This document shows, piece after piece, positions 28,010 through 40,493 of a DNA stretch of 64,000 nucleotides. The stretch's first letter is position 1, and every line of letters starts with the position of its first letter. The notes beneath the pieces are model-generated. The model was not told where the DNA came from. It worked only from the letters and a program-made list of their open reading frames with translations, and ran no database searches. The stretch is from assembly GCA_964016885.1 (NCBI GenBank), contig OZ024752.1:4464001-4528000 (forward strand), written 5' to 3'. Origin of the DNA: Eledone cirrhosa (Eukaryota). Both the position numbers and the translations under genes were made by a program.

Positions 28010-28262
28010 CTCTAGTGGTAAGGGTGTTGGACATACAATCATAATGCTGTGCATTCGATTCCTTGCATTCTTGAGCAAAATCCTTTTTTTCAATTTGTTC
28101 CAGTATACATAGCTGAAAATAAATACCAACAGCAGCAATAGTTTAACCCTGCAATGGAGTGCAAACCTGTCCAGGGGGAAGTCTTGTATTCTCAGGCACT
28201 TCATACCACAGACACCAGGATAAACTCCAGCCTGATGACCCTCTGGGCTTAAGGCAGACTTT
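28010..28262 (+). mobile_element. Old tRNA-derived SINE
   Basis: ctagtggtaaggg..attcgattcc head; aaccctgcaatgga..gtccagggggaag..cctgatga 3' part. Confidence 0.55.
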
Positions 28263-30317
28263 TACAAAAGAAAAAAGGTTAACAAAATATAGTGATAGGA
28301 GAATTTTGTTGCATGCCTTTATGTTTTGAGTTCAAATCTTTCCCATAGCCAGTACACCTTTTATTCTTTTAAGTTCAATAGAAAAAAAAACAAATAAGAG
28401 TTCTTCTTCTTTTCCCACTTATTCCAGAGAGGATCGTGGGGGCAGTGTCCTCAAACACTCATTCCAGCAGGTTTTGTCAGAAGCAACCATCAAATATCAG
28501 TTGATAAAGTAAATACTTGGATCAATGTAATCGATTACGCTGCAGAAGTCCGTGTGGCAGCATGTCTACAGTTCAATGACTGAAACCAGTCAAAGAATAC
28601 GCAATCATTTTTGTGCTTAGAAAAGAAGAAAGTAACACTCATTTAGATATTCTAGTAAATGTCACTGTCTCTAAAATCTGTAGTGAGTCCATATCTGAAA
28701 TTTAAGATGTTTTCAAGCTAACTCCTTTGATAATTCCAAGATTTGTAGAACAGCTGAAACCAAAGAAGATTCCAAAATCTTCTCCTGATAGTGTAAAGTT
28801 TCATAATACTGTTGAAATCCAGAATGCTTTCAAGTTTAAGCTATAATGGTCACAGAATTCATGATGTTTGAAAGATATTAGAATATATCCATGATCCTTT
28901 GGGAAGATTTTTGGTTCCATGAAATAGTATAATGTTGATGCTTTTATCTAACCTCCAAGCTATAATATCAGTCCTCTTGAGTGCTACAGAAAATTTTATG
29001 TATCTAGCACTTGGTTTTCTTTTTATCTTCCCATTTGCCTCTTCTTGCTATAATTAATTACATTAACGGACTATACCCAAATATGCAGTCTTTTATATGC
29101 ACCATTCTTCCCTAGGGCTCATTTGAGACAGTTAAGATGTAAGTTGATAACATCAGCAAGAAATGGAAAGAACGAAGGACAATATTTTCAACGTGACTTT
29201 CTTAATTAACTCCCAACAGATGAAGGATATGATACTGCAGTCACTTCCCTTTTACACTTCAATATTCAAATGCACCACGAAGCAGGAAATTTATGCTGAG
29301 TGTCACTTCGCTTATCCAAGGTTTTGGCATAAAAAGAAGAAAACCCTTAGGGCAATAACTATCAAAATATATGATCTAGTGAGGCTGCTTTTTATTCACA
29401 TCAATGCATGAAATACTTTATTGTCAGTCTTGAGATTATCAATAGCATTGCTGGAGCTAAACTCTATATAAATGGCAAAGAAATATGTTTAATGTAGAAA
29501 CAACACTTAGAGCAGTATTGACCTTAACTTTACAACTACTGCTGTCTTTTGTAACATAACTTTGTGGTTTTGCTTTGTCTTTCAACTTTTACTATAGTTA
29601 TCAGACCTGAATAAACAAGCTGCCAGTCACAGATGTTGCATTTTAGTGCAATAATTTCAATTTGAACTCCATGTCAGTAAAAATTTCTAAACGGTTTTTT
29701 TTTAGTGTTTTATGAAGTTAAAAATGCAATTGCAATGCTGTTTAAAATATGTATTATATTCGCTTCAATAGTGCTTTGTCAGCTATCTGAGAGATAAGTT
29801 TCAAACAATCCATTCTTATTTAAACAGCTTAGTCAGAATGACAAGCAGGGGGTTGGCAGAATTGTTAGTGTTAGACAAAACATCTTGAATTTTTTCCAGC
29901 TATTTATGTTCTGAGTTCAAATCCTACCAAGGTCAATGTAGCTTTCTGTTTTTTTTCTTTTTTCTTTTGGTGGTTGAGGAAATAAAGGAGCTGTCTATGG
30001 CAGTAAAAATGGTGGAATTGTAAGAGTATTACATTAGATACTTTTCAATATTTGTTGCAAGTCTTTATGGTCTGGGTTCACCAGTGATAATAATTGTGTC
30101 AAGCTGTAGAAATACTTGTCTTTAGTCATGGAGAAGGATGAATTACTGCATGGGCAACTACTGATCTACCTTTAAAACCTTGTTGAAACCTGAACCCCAA
30201 AGAACTTTCTTGATACAAATAACGGTCAACTCAGATCTGTGGAACATAGAGCTCGACTTCATCCTACAACCCATGCTAGCATAGAAAGCAAACATAAAAT
30301 GATGAAAAACACACACA

Positions 30318-30364
<47 letters not shown>

Positions 30365-30378
30365 GTATGCATGTATGT

Positions 30379-30409
<31 letters not shown>

Positions 30410-31133
30410 TTTGTGTGTGTATTTATGAAACATTGTGTGTGTGTGTATATATATACACACACACACACATGAGTCTTTGTACATACATACATACATACAT
30501 AAACCCACATAAAATTATTCTGCAAAAAGCACTCCTTGTTTGCATCCCCCTAGGGGAATAACCCCCCCCCCCCCCTTCCTTTCCACACTCCTACCTTTGT
30601 TTCAATGCCTCACAAAACAGAAATGAACTATGTATGTTTAAATTGACAAGGAACATTCACCTTAACATGCCCCCACTCCACTATATATATACAATACAAC
30701 CTACTTAGGGATTTTTACTTTATATATATTTTTTAAATTTTTATTTACAATTTTATTTTATTTTTAAAGACATTTCTGACATTTTAATAAACTCACAAAA
30801 ATGCATTCAATTATTTTGCTCTAGTAGTATGTTACTGATTTGGTTGTTATTGTTGTTGTCTTTTTTTTGGGGTTTTCTTGTTGCTGCTTATCATCCCTTC
30901 TTCATCTCACCCTGATTTTCTTCCCCAATCCGGATATTTTTTGGGAGGCTTTGAGTGTATTTGTATATGTGTGTAAATGTGCATGTGTTTGTCTTTGCAT
31001 GTGCATATGTGCAATCACACATTTTCATACATATGAGAGCACATACACATATATAACTATATATATATATATATACACAAACACACATACCACACATGTA
31101 GGTATATGTAGATATATGCACACATAGCGCGTA

Positions 31134-31164
<31 letters not shown>

Positions 31165-31622
31165 CCACATATCCACACACACACTGTGTTTGTGCATGTG
31201 TATTCATACACACACATACATATGTATAAATCAATTTCTGGTACATATAGAAGCCCTACACATGCTTATTGGGGAGAGCTAGTGATAAATAATAAGAGAA
31301 GAACAAAGGAGAGAGAGAGTGAGGGGGTGGAGAGATTAGATCGAGAGAGAGTGAGGGGGTGGAGAGATTAGAGAGAGAGTGAGGGAGAGAATCTGTAAGG
31401 AAGGGGTGTAGTGAGGGAATAGCAAAGCTTTAGAGATTTTAATGACAATTGGAAGAATGAAAAATCTTTGATATATACCAAGGTTGTCTCAAGTTTACTG
31501 CCTTCCCTCCACACACTTATGGATGATGTCTGAGGCATATTTAGAGAAGCTTACATATACATAGCATGAGACACATACATTTTAGATTTTTATTTAGACA
31601 TATACATGTGTGTGTATATTAA

Positions 31623-31834
31623 CCATTAGCATTTAAACTGGCCATATCTGGCCAGAATTCTGTTCAAATTGGCTGTTATTGGCCACCCATAATGATGTCA
31701 AGGTATTGTTCTCAAAGTAAATAATATCAAAATCTCGTAGATTTGATATTATGTGAGATAATTATGTGAAGTGAGATAAAGCCTTTACTGTGAAAATATA
31801 ATAGTAAATATAGAGTAATGTAAATGCTAAAGGG
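31623..31834 (+). mobile_element. piggyBac-like MITE
   Basis: Same family, TTAA flanks. Confidence 0.78.
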
Positions 31835-31983
31835 TTAAACTTATATTGTAATTGTGTTCTCTGAAGCATAACATTCTTGTAACTCCCGATTCTCTACATG
31901 ATGTCTAGGACACTGACAACACTTTGTATCTACCTAAATGTTCTAAAGACTAGGATTTTAATCACCTGTTTAGACATTTCCTA

Positions 31984-32030
31984 TGCTCTGATGATTCCAG
32001 ATATCCCTCTGGAAGAAACAATTGTCAGCA
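31984..32030 (+). ncRNA. Minimal type I hammerhead ribozyme (Penelope/retrozyme type)
   Basis: tgct-CTGATGA-ttccaga(tatccc)tctggaa-GAAA-c(aatt)g-TC-agca: 4-bp stem I, 7-bp stem II, palindromic ACAATTGT stem III, GUC site. Followed by AATAAA and (TA)n. Confidence 0.85.
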
Positions 32031-32187
32031 AATAAATGTATTAAAAGATTTGATTGTTTTAACATTATATATATATATATATATATATAAAGTAATAGAA
32101 TACATAAATATGTGTGTGTGATGTCCCACCTTCACCTGTTTTGCTCAATAACTGAACGAGTTAAAATAATCAGATGGATTATTACTA

Positions 32188-32531
32188 GGTTGATAAAATA
32201 AAGTACCAGTAATGCACCAGGGTCGATTTAATCGACTTTCCTCTCCTGCCAAATTTAGGCCTTGTGCCTAAATCAGAAACCAATATTAGGTCTGTTTGAT
32301 TAGAGCTGACCTAGGGTTAAACAGATAGAAACTACATTTCTATCATTATTTTGGCAGTATCGGTAGAGGGTCGGACGCCATGCTTTGACGTATAGAGTTA
32401 CGGCCCTTGCCATTCTGAGTTCAAATCCCGCTGAGGTTAACTTTGCCTTTCATTCTTACGGGGTCGATAAAATAAAGTACCAGTAATGCACTGGGTAATT
32501 GCTGGCTTTGTGCCAAAAGTAGAAACAATTA
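32188..32531 (+). mobile_element. Two Meta-like SINEs (fragment and full copy 32351-32531)
   Basis: Consensus motifs. Confidence 0.85.
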
Positions 32532-32977
32532 TTAGATGTTTTAGTTTTGTAGAACTAGTAGAACAGTAGATAGAAAGCCCTTATTTTGTTGATTACCTCC
32601 CTTTGTGACCTTCTCTGTCATATGATTTGACTGCTATTTTAGCAGGTTGAGAAATTATCTAGAGAATTTCTTAATACATTGTGCATTTGTATGTGTGTCT
32701 GTCTGTGTACCTGCATATGTGTGTGTGTGTGTCTGTGCATGTATATGTATATGTGTGTCTGTTTCTGTGCATCTGTCTCTGCATGTATTTGTGTGTCCGT
32801 GTCTGTGTGTATGTATATGTGTGTGTGTACGTCTGTGTGCATGTATATGTGTGTGTGCCCATGTGTGTGTGTGTGTGTGTACATATGTATATGTGTGTGT
32901 CATGTGTGTATGTTTGTGTGTGTCTATGTGTGTGTCTATATGTGTGTCTATATGTATGTATATGTGTGTTTGTTGTG

Positions 32978-33008
<31 letters not shown>

Positions 33009-33514
33009 CATATGTGTTTATGTGAGCACAGTTGTCTTTGTTATTGTAGTGGCTGTTTAGCCGCAAGTCATTGATGGAGCCAGCCCTATAATCAAAGATG
33101 ACCATCCAATCACCACATCTTATATTTTCCATGCAGGAAACACAACACCACAATATCTAATTATCTTTCTATTTTTACAGATCAAGTAATCTCTTCTTTG
33201 CTTAGATTGTCTTTATTCTATACAGAATGAATATATATAAGACAACAATGCCTCATGTATGTGGAAGAATATTTATATATACTACACTGTAACCCGTTGG
33301 GTCGCGGTCACTTCAAAATATTTTTTAGATAATTAAAATATACACAGACATGTATATAATGTGAAATGAAACTAGAAGGCCCATTTACATATATATATTA
33401 TATATATATGTTTGTGTGTGTTTGTGTGTGGGTGTCTGATCTATATACACTGGTCATAGACACACACACACACGTATATACACACACAGTCACATATATA
33501 TATATATATATCAT

Positions 33515-34397
33515 CATCAGTGGTGGAGGGTGCTCTGAAAGTACAGTAGCTAGAGTCAGAACTGGATGGAAAAAGTTCAGAGAGCTTATACAACTATTGG
33601 CCGCTAAAGGGTTCTCTCTAAAAATGAAAGGCAGGCTGTATGATACCTGCATACGAACAGCAATGTTACATGGCAGTGAGACCTGGGCATTGTGTGCAAA
33701 GGATATACGCAGACTGGAGAGGAACGAAGCTTCCATGCTCCGCTGGATGTGTAATAGTAATATACGTGAACGGCAAAGCATAAACGAAATAAGGGAGAAA
33801 TTAGGAATAAGAGGTATCAGATGTTGTTTACTCGAGAGAAGACTACGTTGGTATGGTCACGTGATGCGCATGAAAGACGACAGCTGTATAAAAAAGTGCA
33901 GAGCGATAAAAATAGATGGTAGCCACGGAGTAGGCAGACCCAGAAAAACCTGGGACGACTTGATAAATTCCGACCTCACACACTTACACCTCTCCAAGAC
34001 AATGTCACTGGACCGAGATCTTTGGCGCTACACAGTAATAAAGAAGACCCGCCTTGCCTAAGTACAAAGCGAAACCTACAGTCAGTAGGCATCTCTAACA
34101 AAAATACACCCCCGTCCCACTACCTCCACCCCATCCACACCACCCCTTTCAATGTAAAGTTATGTTGGTACCACAACATCCAGTCCGAAACAAATGAGGT
34201 CGTGTAGGTGTCACAACAAAAAAACACACAGTCCACGCTGTAAACGTGGTTGGTGTTAGGAAGGGCATCCAGCTGTAAAAAACCCACCAGACAGTCCTAT
34301 ACAAGCAAGACAACCACTCTTGCTTCAAGTGGGAAAATTCCCGTCCAAACCCATGCAAGCGTGGAAGATGGACGTTAAACGATGATGATGATGATGA
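33515..34397 (+). mobile_element. RTE LINE family A 3' part (ORF C-terminus + 3' UTR + (GAT)n tail)
   Basis: ISSGGGCSES..LHGSETW..RLRWYGHVMR..GRPRKTW; UTR ends gcgtggaagatggacgttaaacgatgatg. Confidence 0.92.
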
Positions 34398-34804
34398 TAT
34401 ATACACACAACACCACCACCAGCTCTCTTCCATTCTCCTTCTTTATCTCCTCTTTCTCTCTCTCTGTTTATGAAAGTACCCAGAAACCCCCATAACTCGG
34501 GAACCTGTGGTCAGATTTACGCGTAACTTGTTTTATTCCATTTGTATTCCCATTTCCGGGTCAACATCCTTTCAAAGTATTTCCCATTATGCGCCCCTTT
34601 TGGCTGTATTACATTACAGACATGCAAGCAATCACAGACTTTTAGTAATATATAGATATATGTATGTATATGTATGTATATATGTATATGTATGCATGTA
34701 TATATATGTATGCATGTATATATGTATATGCATATGCATGTGTATATGTATGTATATATATGTATGCATATGTATATATGCATGTATATGTATATGCATG
34801 TGTG

Positions 34805-35245
34805 TGAAGGCACATGGCTTAGTGGTTAGAGCATTGGGCTTGCAATCGAAAGGTTGTGAGTTCAATACTCGGACCGGGTGATGTGTTGTTTCCTTGAGCA
34901 AGATACTTTATTTCACATTGCTCCAGTTTACTCAGTTGTAAAAATGAGATGATAGGGACTGGGGTTCCTATCATTCCACTGCAAAGTGGTCATGGAGGTG
35001 CCACGGCAAAAAAGCACCCAGCCCACACTGTAAAGTGGACGTGTAGGCACCATGGAAAAAAAGCACCCAGCACTCACTGTAAATGAGGTTGGTGTTAGGA
35101 AGGGTATCCAGCTGTAGAAATCAAGCCTGAATCAGTTCCCGTATGAGCAAGTCAAGGTCAGCCGACCGGACAATGCCCACAATAGGACAGCCTGTCTAAC
35201 CCATGCTAGCGTGGAAGAACGGACGTAAAAAGTTGATGATGATGA
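34805..35245 (+). mobile_element. CORE-like SINE with RTE-A type tail
   Basis: Head plus core; ends aacccatgctagcgtggaagaacggacgtaaaa..(gat)n. Confidence 0.85.
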
Positions 35246-35284
35246 TATTATATGCATGTACAGACACTATCTAGCCTTACTAGA

Positions 35285-35337
<53 letters not shown>

Positions 35338-35346
35338 TATACATAT

Positions 35347-35517
35347 ATCGTTTCTACTTTTGGCACAAGACCAGCAATTACCCCAGTGCATTACTGGTAC
35401 TTTATTTTATCGACCCCGTAAGGATGAAAGGTAAAGTTAACCTCGGCGGGATTTGAACTCAGAATGGCAAGGGCCGTAACTCTATGCGTCAAAGCATGGT
35501 GTCCGACCCTCTACTGA
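35347..35517 (-). mobile_element. Meta-like SINE
   Basis: Consensus motifs. Confidence 0.85.
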
Positions 35518-35930
35518 TGTGTGTATATGTATATACATATACACATATATAAATATACTCATCATCATTTAACAGACACTAAATAACGATGATGATGATG
35601 ATGACGTATATATCATGTTCTATTGTATCCACATGCAATGTATTGTGTGGTAGAAATGTTTTTAATATTTTTTCTGTATTTTGCTGTTGGCCGGTTTATT
35701 GAATAAGTCTCAGACTTTACCCTCTCCAAGCAGCTTTATTGGCTTATTGTATTTACTATTTGCTGATTTCGATTTGGTTTGATGCATTGAGGAAATCTCT
35801 CCACCTTTAAAACCGCCATACATATTTGTGTGTATGTGTATGTATGCATGTGTATACACACATATATGTATCTATATGTGTGTGTATCTATATGTGTGTG
35901 TTTATATATATATGTGTGTGTATATATATG

Positions 35931-36033
35931 TACAATGTGTTCCAAAAAATATATACATACTTTGATTACCTGTACAGGCAATATTTATTAGAATGGTGCT
36001 GAAGTGTGTATACATTTTTTGAGACACCCTGTA
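35931..36033. mobile_element. Short Tc1/mariner-like MITE
   Basis: tacaatgtgttccaaaaaatatatacatacttt / aagtgtgtatacattttttgagacaccctgta. Confidence 0.5.
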
Positions 36034-36704
36034 TATATATATACATATATATATACACCTTAACATGCACATATACTCTCACACACACATATACATACAT
36101 GAATAAATTCGCACACATATAATTAATCCTTTGACTTCTCCATTCAAAAGGGTGTTTTTTTCTTTTTTTACTCCACATCTATATACACTTTTTCTTTTTT
36201 CCCTCTTTCTCTCCTCTTTTATTTATTGGTCATGCTCTATGCAATTTTTCATATGCCCAAATCAATCCATAGCAATTTTAACACTGAAAGCAGCACATTG
36301 CATGTTGTAAAAATGCAATTTCTGATCTCCATTTGTGTTTCTGAAGCCAGCTTTAATCAGAGTATGTGTGGCAAATAACTGGTTCAGTGCATATTTATTT
36401 TATTGAATATCTAGTTGTTTATCCTGATATCTATTTAGAGATTATGTTGTTCATACACAGGCTGCGAATTTGCTGAGTCTGTTGAGTGCAGGACAAAAAT
36501 GTCTTCTAGTATTTGTTCCTGCTCTGAGCTCAACTCCCATTGAGGTAAACTGTGTCGTTCTTTCAGGATCAGTGAAATCCAGTATGAGTAGAGGGCAGAG
36601 GGTTGCAGGAATACATATTTATTTATAAAGATCGAGGAAAATAGTGCTCAATCTGTTGCAAGAGAGCTTATTCAGTATTAACAAAGTTTCATACACTTAA
36701 CATG

Positions 36705-36907
36705 TATATTCTACCATTGGTTTTGGGGTCCAGTGATGGCCACCACTGTATATTGGAGGAGGCATTTTTAAACTGGCCCTTCATTCAGCCATGTGGACAA
36801 ATATGAAATGGCATTTCATATGCCTGAATGAAGGGCCAATTTAAAAGTGCCTCCTCCAATATTCAGTGGAGGCCATAACTGGACCCAAAAACCAATGGTA
36901 GCATATA
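36705..36907. mobile_element. Hairpin MITE / fold-back element, about 85-bp arms
   Basis: ctaccattggttttggggtccag..cccttcattcag pairs with ctgaatgaagggcc..ctggacccaaaaaccaatggtag; TA at the flanks. Confidence 0.75.
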
Positions 36908-37060
36908 GAATTTTGTGATGATTAGGAGAAGATATTGTGGTTTTTATAGCAACAAAAGTCTTGTGAGACTGTTGTAGTACAGCAAAAATAATTGCATCAA
37001 ATCAAACTACAAGGAAATTAGAATAAGGCTGTTTGCTTGCAAACAAATTGAATATTATTC

Positions 37061-37402
37061 GGGCGGTGGATTGGCAGTATTGGTAGAGGGTCGGACGCCA
37101 TGCTTTCCAGCATAGTTATGTCCCTTTACGGACCAAGGTTAACTTTGCCTTTTATCCTTACGGGGTCGATAAAATAAAGTACCAGTAATGTACTGAGTAA
37201 TTTGTTGGCCTTGTGCCAAAAGTAGAAACAATTATTAAGGGTCAGATGCCCTGCTTTTTGAAGCATAGAGTTCCGGCCCTTTACGTTCTGAGTTCAAATC
37301 CCGCTGAGGTTGACTTTGCCTTTCATCCTTATGGGTGGATAAAAGAAAGTATCAGTATTGCACTGGAATAATTGCTGGCCTTGTGCCAAAATTAGAAAAT
37401 TA
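37061..37402 (+). mobile_element. Tandem pair of Meta-like SINEs
   Basis: Two head-to-tail copies. Confidence 0.85.
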
Positions 37403-37712
37403 TTAGTATTTGATAAAAAAAAACTCACAAATGCATTGAAGTAAAGTTAAAAACTTTCCTAACTGTTACTCTGAGTTTTATGATTCAGTGAATAGTAAAT
37501 ATTGAAGTGAGTACAGTCTGTATATAGCAATATACTGCTACAATGATAGGGTGCTGGGATAGGAGAGTCTTCCTATTGCTATGTTTTGCATGTGATGCAT
37601 ATTATATCAAATATTTATGCTTTTTGGATAGAGGATTTTGAAATATAAATATAAATAAGGGCTCAAGTTGGTAGAGCACTCAGTCGAAAGGATGAGTTCA
37701 GTATACAGTTAA

Positions 37713-37824
37713 TTCCACAATAAGTAAACTATACTTGAGGACACGTTTCAGCAAACAGATTTTTAACTTCAAAATCTGTTTGCTGAAACACACGTCCTTG
37801 AGCATGGCTTACTAATTTGTTGTG

Positions 37825-37827
<3 letters not shown>
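37713..37827. repeat. Fold-back palindrome with GAAAC..GTC on both arms (different family)
   Basis: gtttcagcaaacagatttt / aaaatctgtttgctgaaac perfect core with degenerate outer arms. Confidence 0.7.
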
Positions 37828-37903
<76 letters not shown>

Positions 37904-38162
37904 ATGTATATATATGTGTGTGCATGAGTGTGTGTATGTTTATATATATATATATATATACAATATATTAATAAATGGAAACTATATTTATAAAACCATA
38001 TTTATTTTGTTATATATATTTCAAGGGCAACCAAGGGAAATTATGGTGCGCTTTCATCAGATAAAATACAGATTTATTTTATAAATAAATATTGACATAC
38101 CTGGAAAAAAGACAATATTGAATCCCAACAAATTAAATATAACCTCTGCATATATATATATA

Positions 38163-38195
<33 letters not shown>

Positions 38196-38837
38196 GTATA
38201 TAGTCATACATATTAAAATATGCATACATCCATTTATGCACATGTATATATGAATATGCGCATGTGTGTTTGTGTGTGTGTGTGTATATATGTGTGTATA
38301 TATATATATATATAGCATGTATGCATATGTCTGCCAGTGTAATTGGTACTTCTGCTGCTTTTCATTGATACTTCCACATAACTTACTGCTGCTATTGTTA
38401 CCACTACTACGACTACCAGCATTAATATAACTACTAGCACTACTACCAATACTACTAATTGCTACTACAACATCACAACAAGACAACAAAATTATGTCTA
38501 CTTGGATGTTTAAAAGTCTATTGCTCCCCCTGAAGTATCTACCACACTTTTGTGATCTCTTCAATATGTAATTAGTGTTCACATAGCTACTCACACAGCT
38601 TCCACATCAATATATTCTTACATCTAATACAACTCATTGTTTTCATTCTGATTTTCTGCTACTCTGCTTCTCTTTCTTCTCTTTCCCTTCAGTCTATCTG
38701 TCAGTCTGTCTGTCTGCCTGTCTCTTTTATAAATAAATATCATCATCATCATCATCATCATTTTACGTCCGCTCTTCCCTGCTTGCAAGGGTGGGACAGG
38801 TCTTATATATATATAAATATATATATATATACATATA

Positions 38838-38880
<43 letters not shown>

Positions 38881-38885
<5 letters not shown>

Positions 38886-39083
38886 AACGAGTAGGACCCC
38901 GACGGCTGAGCTCAAGCCGTTTCGACGGCTAATTCTGGACTAGAATTAGTCCAGAATTAGCCGTCGAAACGGCTTGAGCTCAGCCGTCGGGGTCCTATTC
39001 GTTCCTATCACCCACTCTACTACCCTAAGTATTGAGTACTTTGGTGCGTTATGGTCCATCTGGTTCCTTACCACATTTCCTTC

Positions 39084-39086
<3 letters not shown>
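38881..39086. mobile_element. Penelope-like fold-back element (about 60-bp near-perfect inverted arms) in (TA)n
   Basis: 38881-38942 is the reverse complement of 38947-39008; contains GAAAcggct..agccGTC. Confidence 0.7.
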
Positions 39087-39121
<35 letters not shown>

Positions 39122-39186
39122 AACACATATATATACATATATATATACATACATATACATGTGTGTGTGTGTGTGTGTGTATATAT

Positions 39187-39492
39187 CTAGGGCGGGTAAA
39201 ATTTCCGAGATCCATGGACGAGTTCTCTCCAGCGGTCTCTGTCCCTCATTATCGCTGCCATATCCTGCATCTCCAACAGACCAGTGTCTGTCATTAGGGC
39301 ATCAACATACGTTAACCTTGGTCTTCCTCTTCCTGTGTGTGTGTAGGGGCTCCCAAAGGAGCACTGAGTGCAATGTCAACTCTGGATGTCGGTGAGCATG
39401 TCCAGCTAACCTCAGTCTCCTCTGTGTCACTTTTGAGCTGACTTTTGGGAGGCTCCCATACAGCTCTGAGTTTTTCATCCTCAGTGTATACT
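39187..39492 (-). pseudogene. RTE family C 3' fragment
   Basis: Reverse complement of 40035-40350 with an internal deletion. Confidence 0.85.
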
Positions 39493-39494
39493 GA

Positions 39495-39925
<431 letters not shown>

Positions 39926-39926
<1 letters not shown>

Positions 39927-40351
39927 CTGTAGTGGAGTCTGTGCTGCTGTATGGGTCTGAGACTTGGACACTGACCAAGAGACTCACTCAGATGGTGGAT
40001 GGGTGCTACACGAGAATGCTGAGGATGGCTCTGAACATTAATCAGTATACACTGAGGATGAAAAACTCAGAGCTGTATGGGAGCATCCCAAAAGTCAGCT
40101 CAAAAGTGACACAGAGAAGACTGAGGTTGGCTGGACATGCTCACCGACATCCAGAGTTGACATTGCACTCAGTGCTCCTTTGGGAGCCCCTACATGGACA
40201 CACTAGAAGAGGAAGACCAAGGTTAACATATGTTGATGCCCTAAGGACAGACACTGGTCTGTTGGAGATGCAGGATATGGCAGCGATAATGAGGGACAGA
40301 GACCGCTGGAGAGAACTCGTCCATGGATCTCGGGAATTTTACCCGCCTTAG
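39926..40351 (+). pseudogene. RTE family C 3' fragment
   Basis: [30 protein letters not shown] motifs. Confidence 0.9.
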
Positions 40352-40493
40352 ATAGATAGATATATATATACTTATATATATATATATATACTTATATATA
40401 TATATATATATACTTATATATATATATATATATACTTATATATATATATATATATACTTATATATATATATATACTTATATATATATATACTT

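Noticed and set aside
28230-28260. CTGATGA motif
   Set aside because: No downstream GAAA/NUH; part of a SINE tail.
34805-34880. tRNA-like A/B boxes
   Set aside because: SINE heads without an intact cloverleaf, continuing into SINE body.
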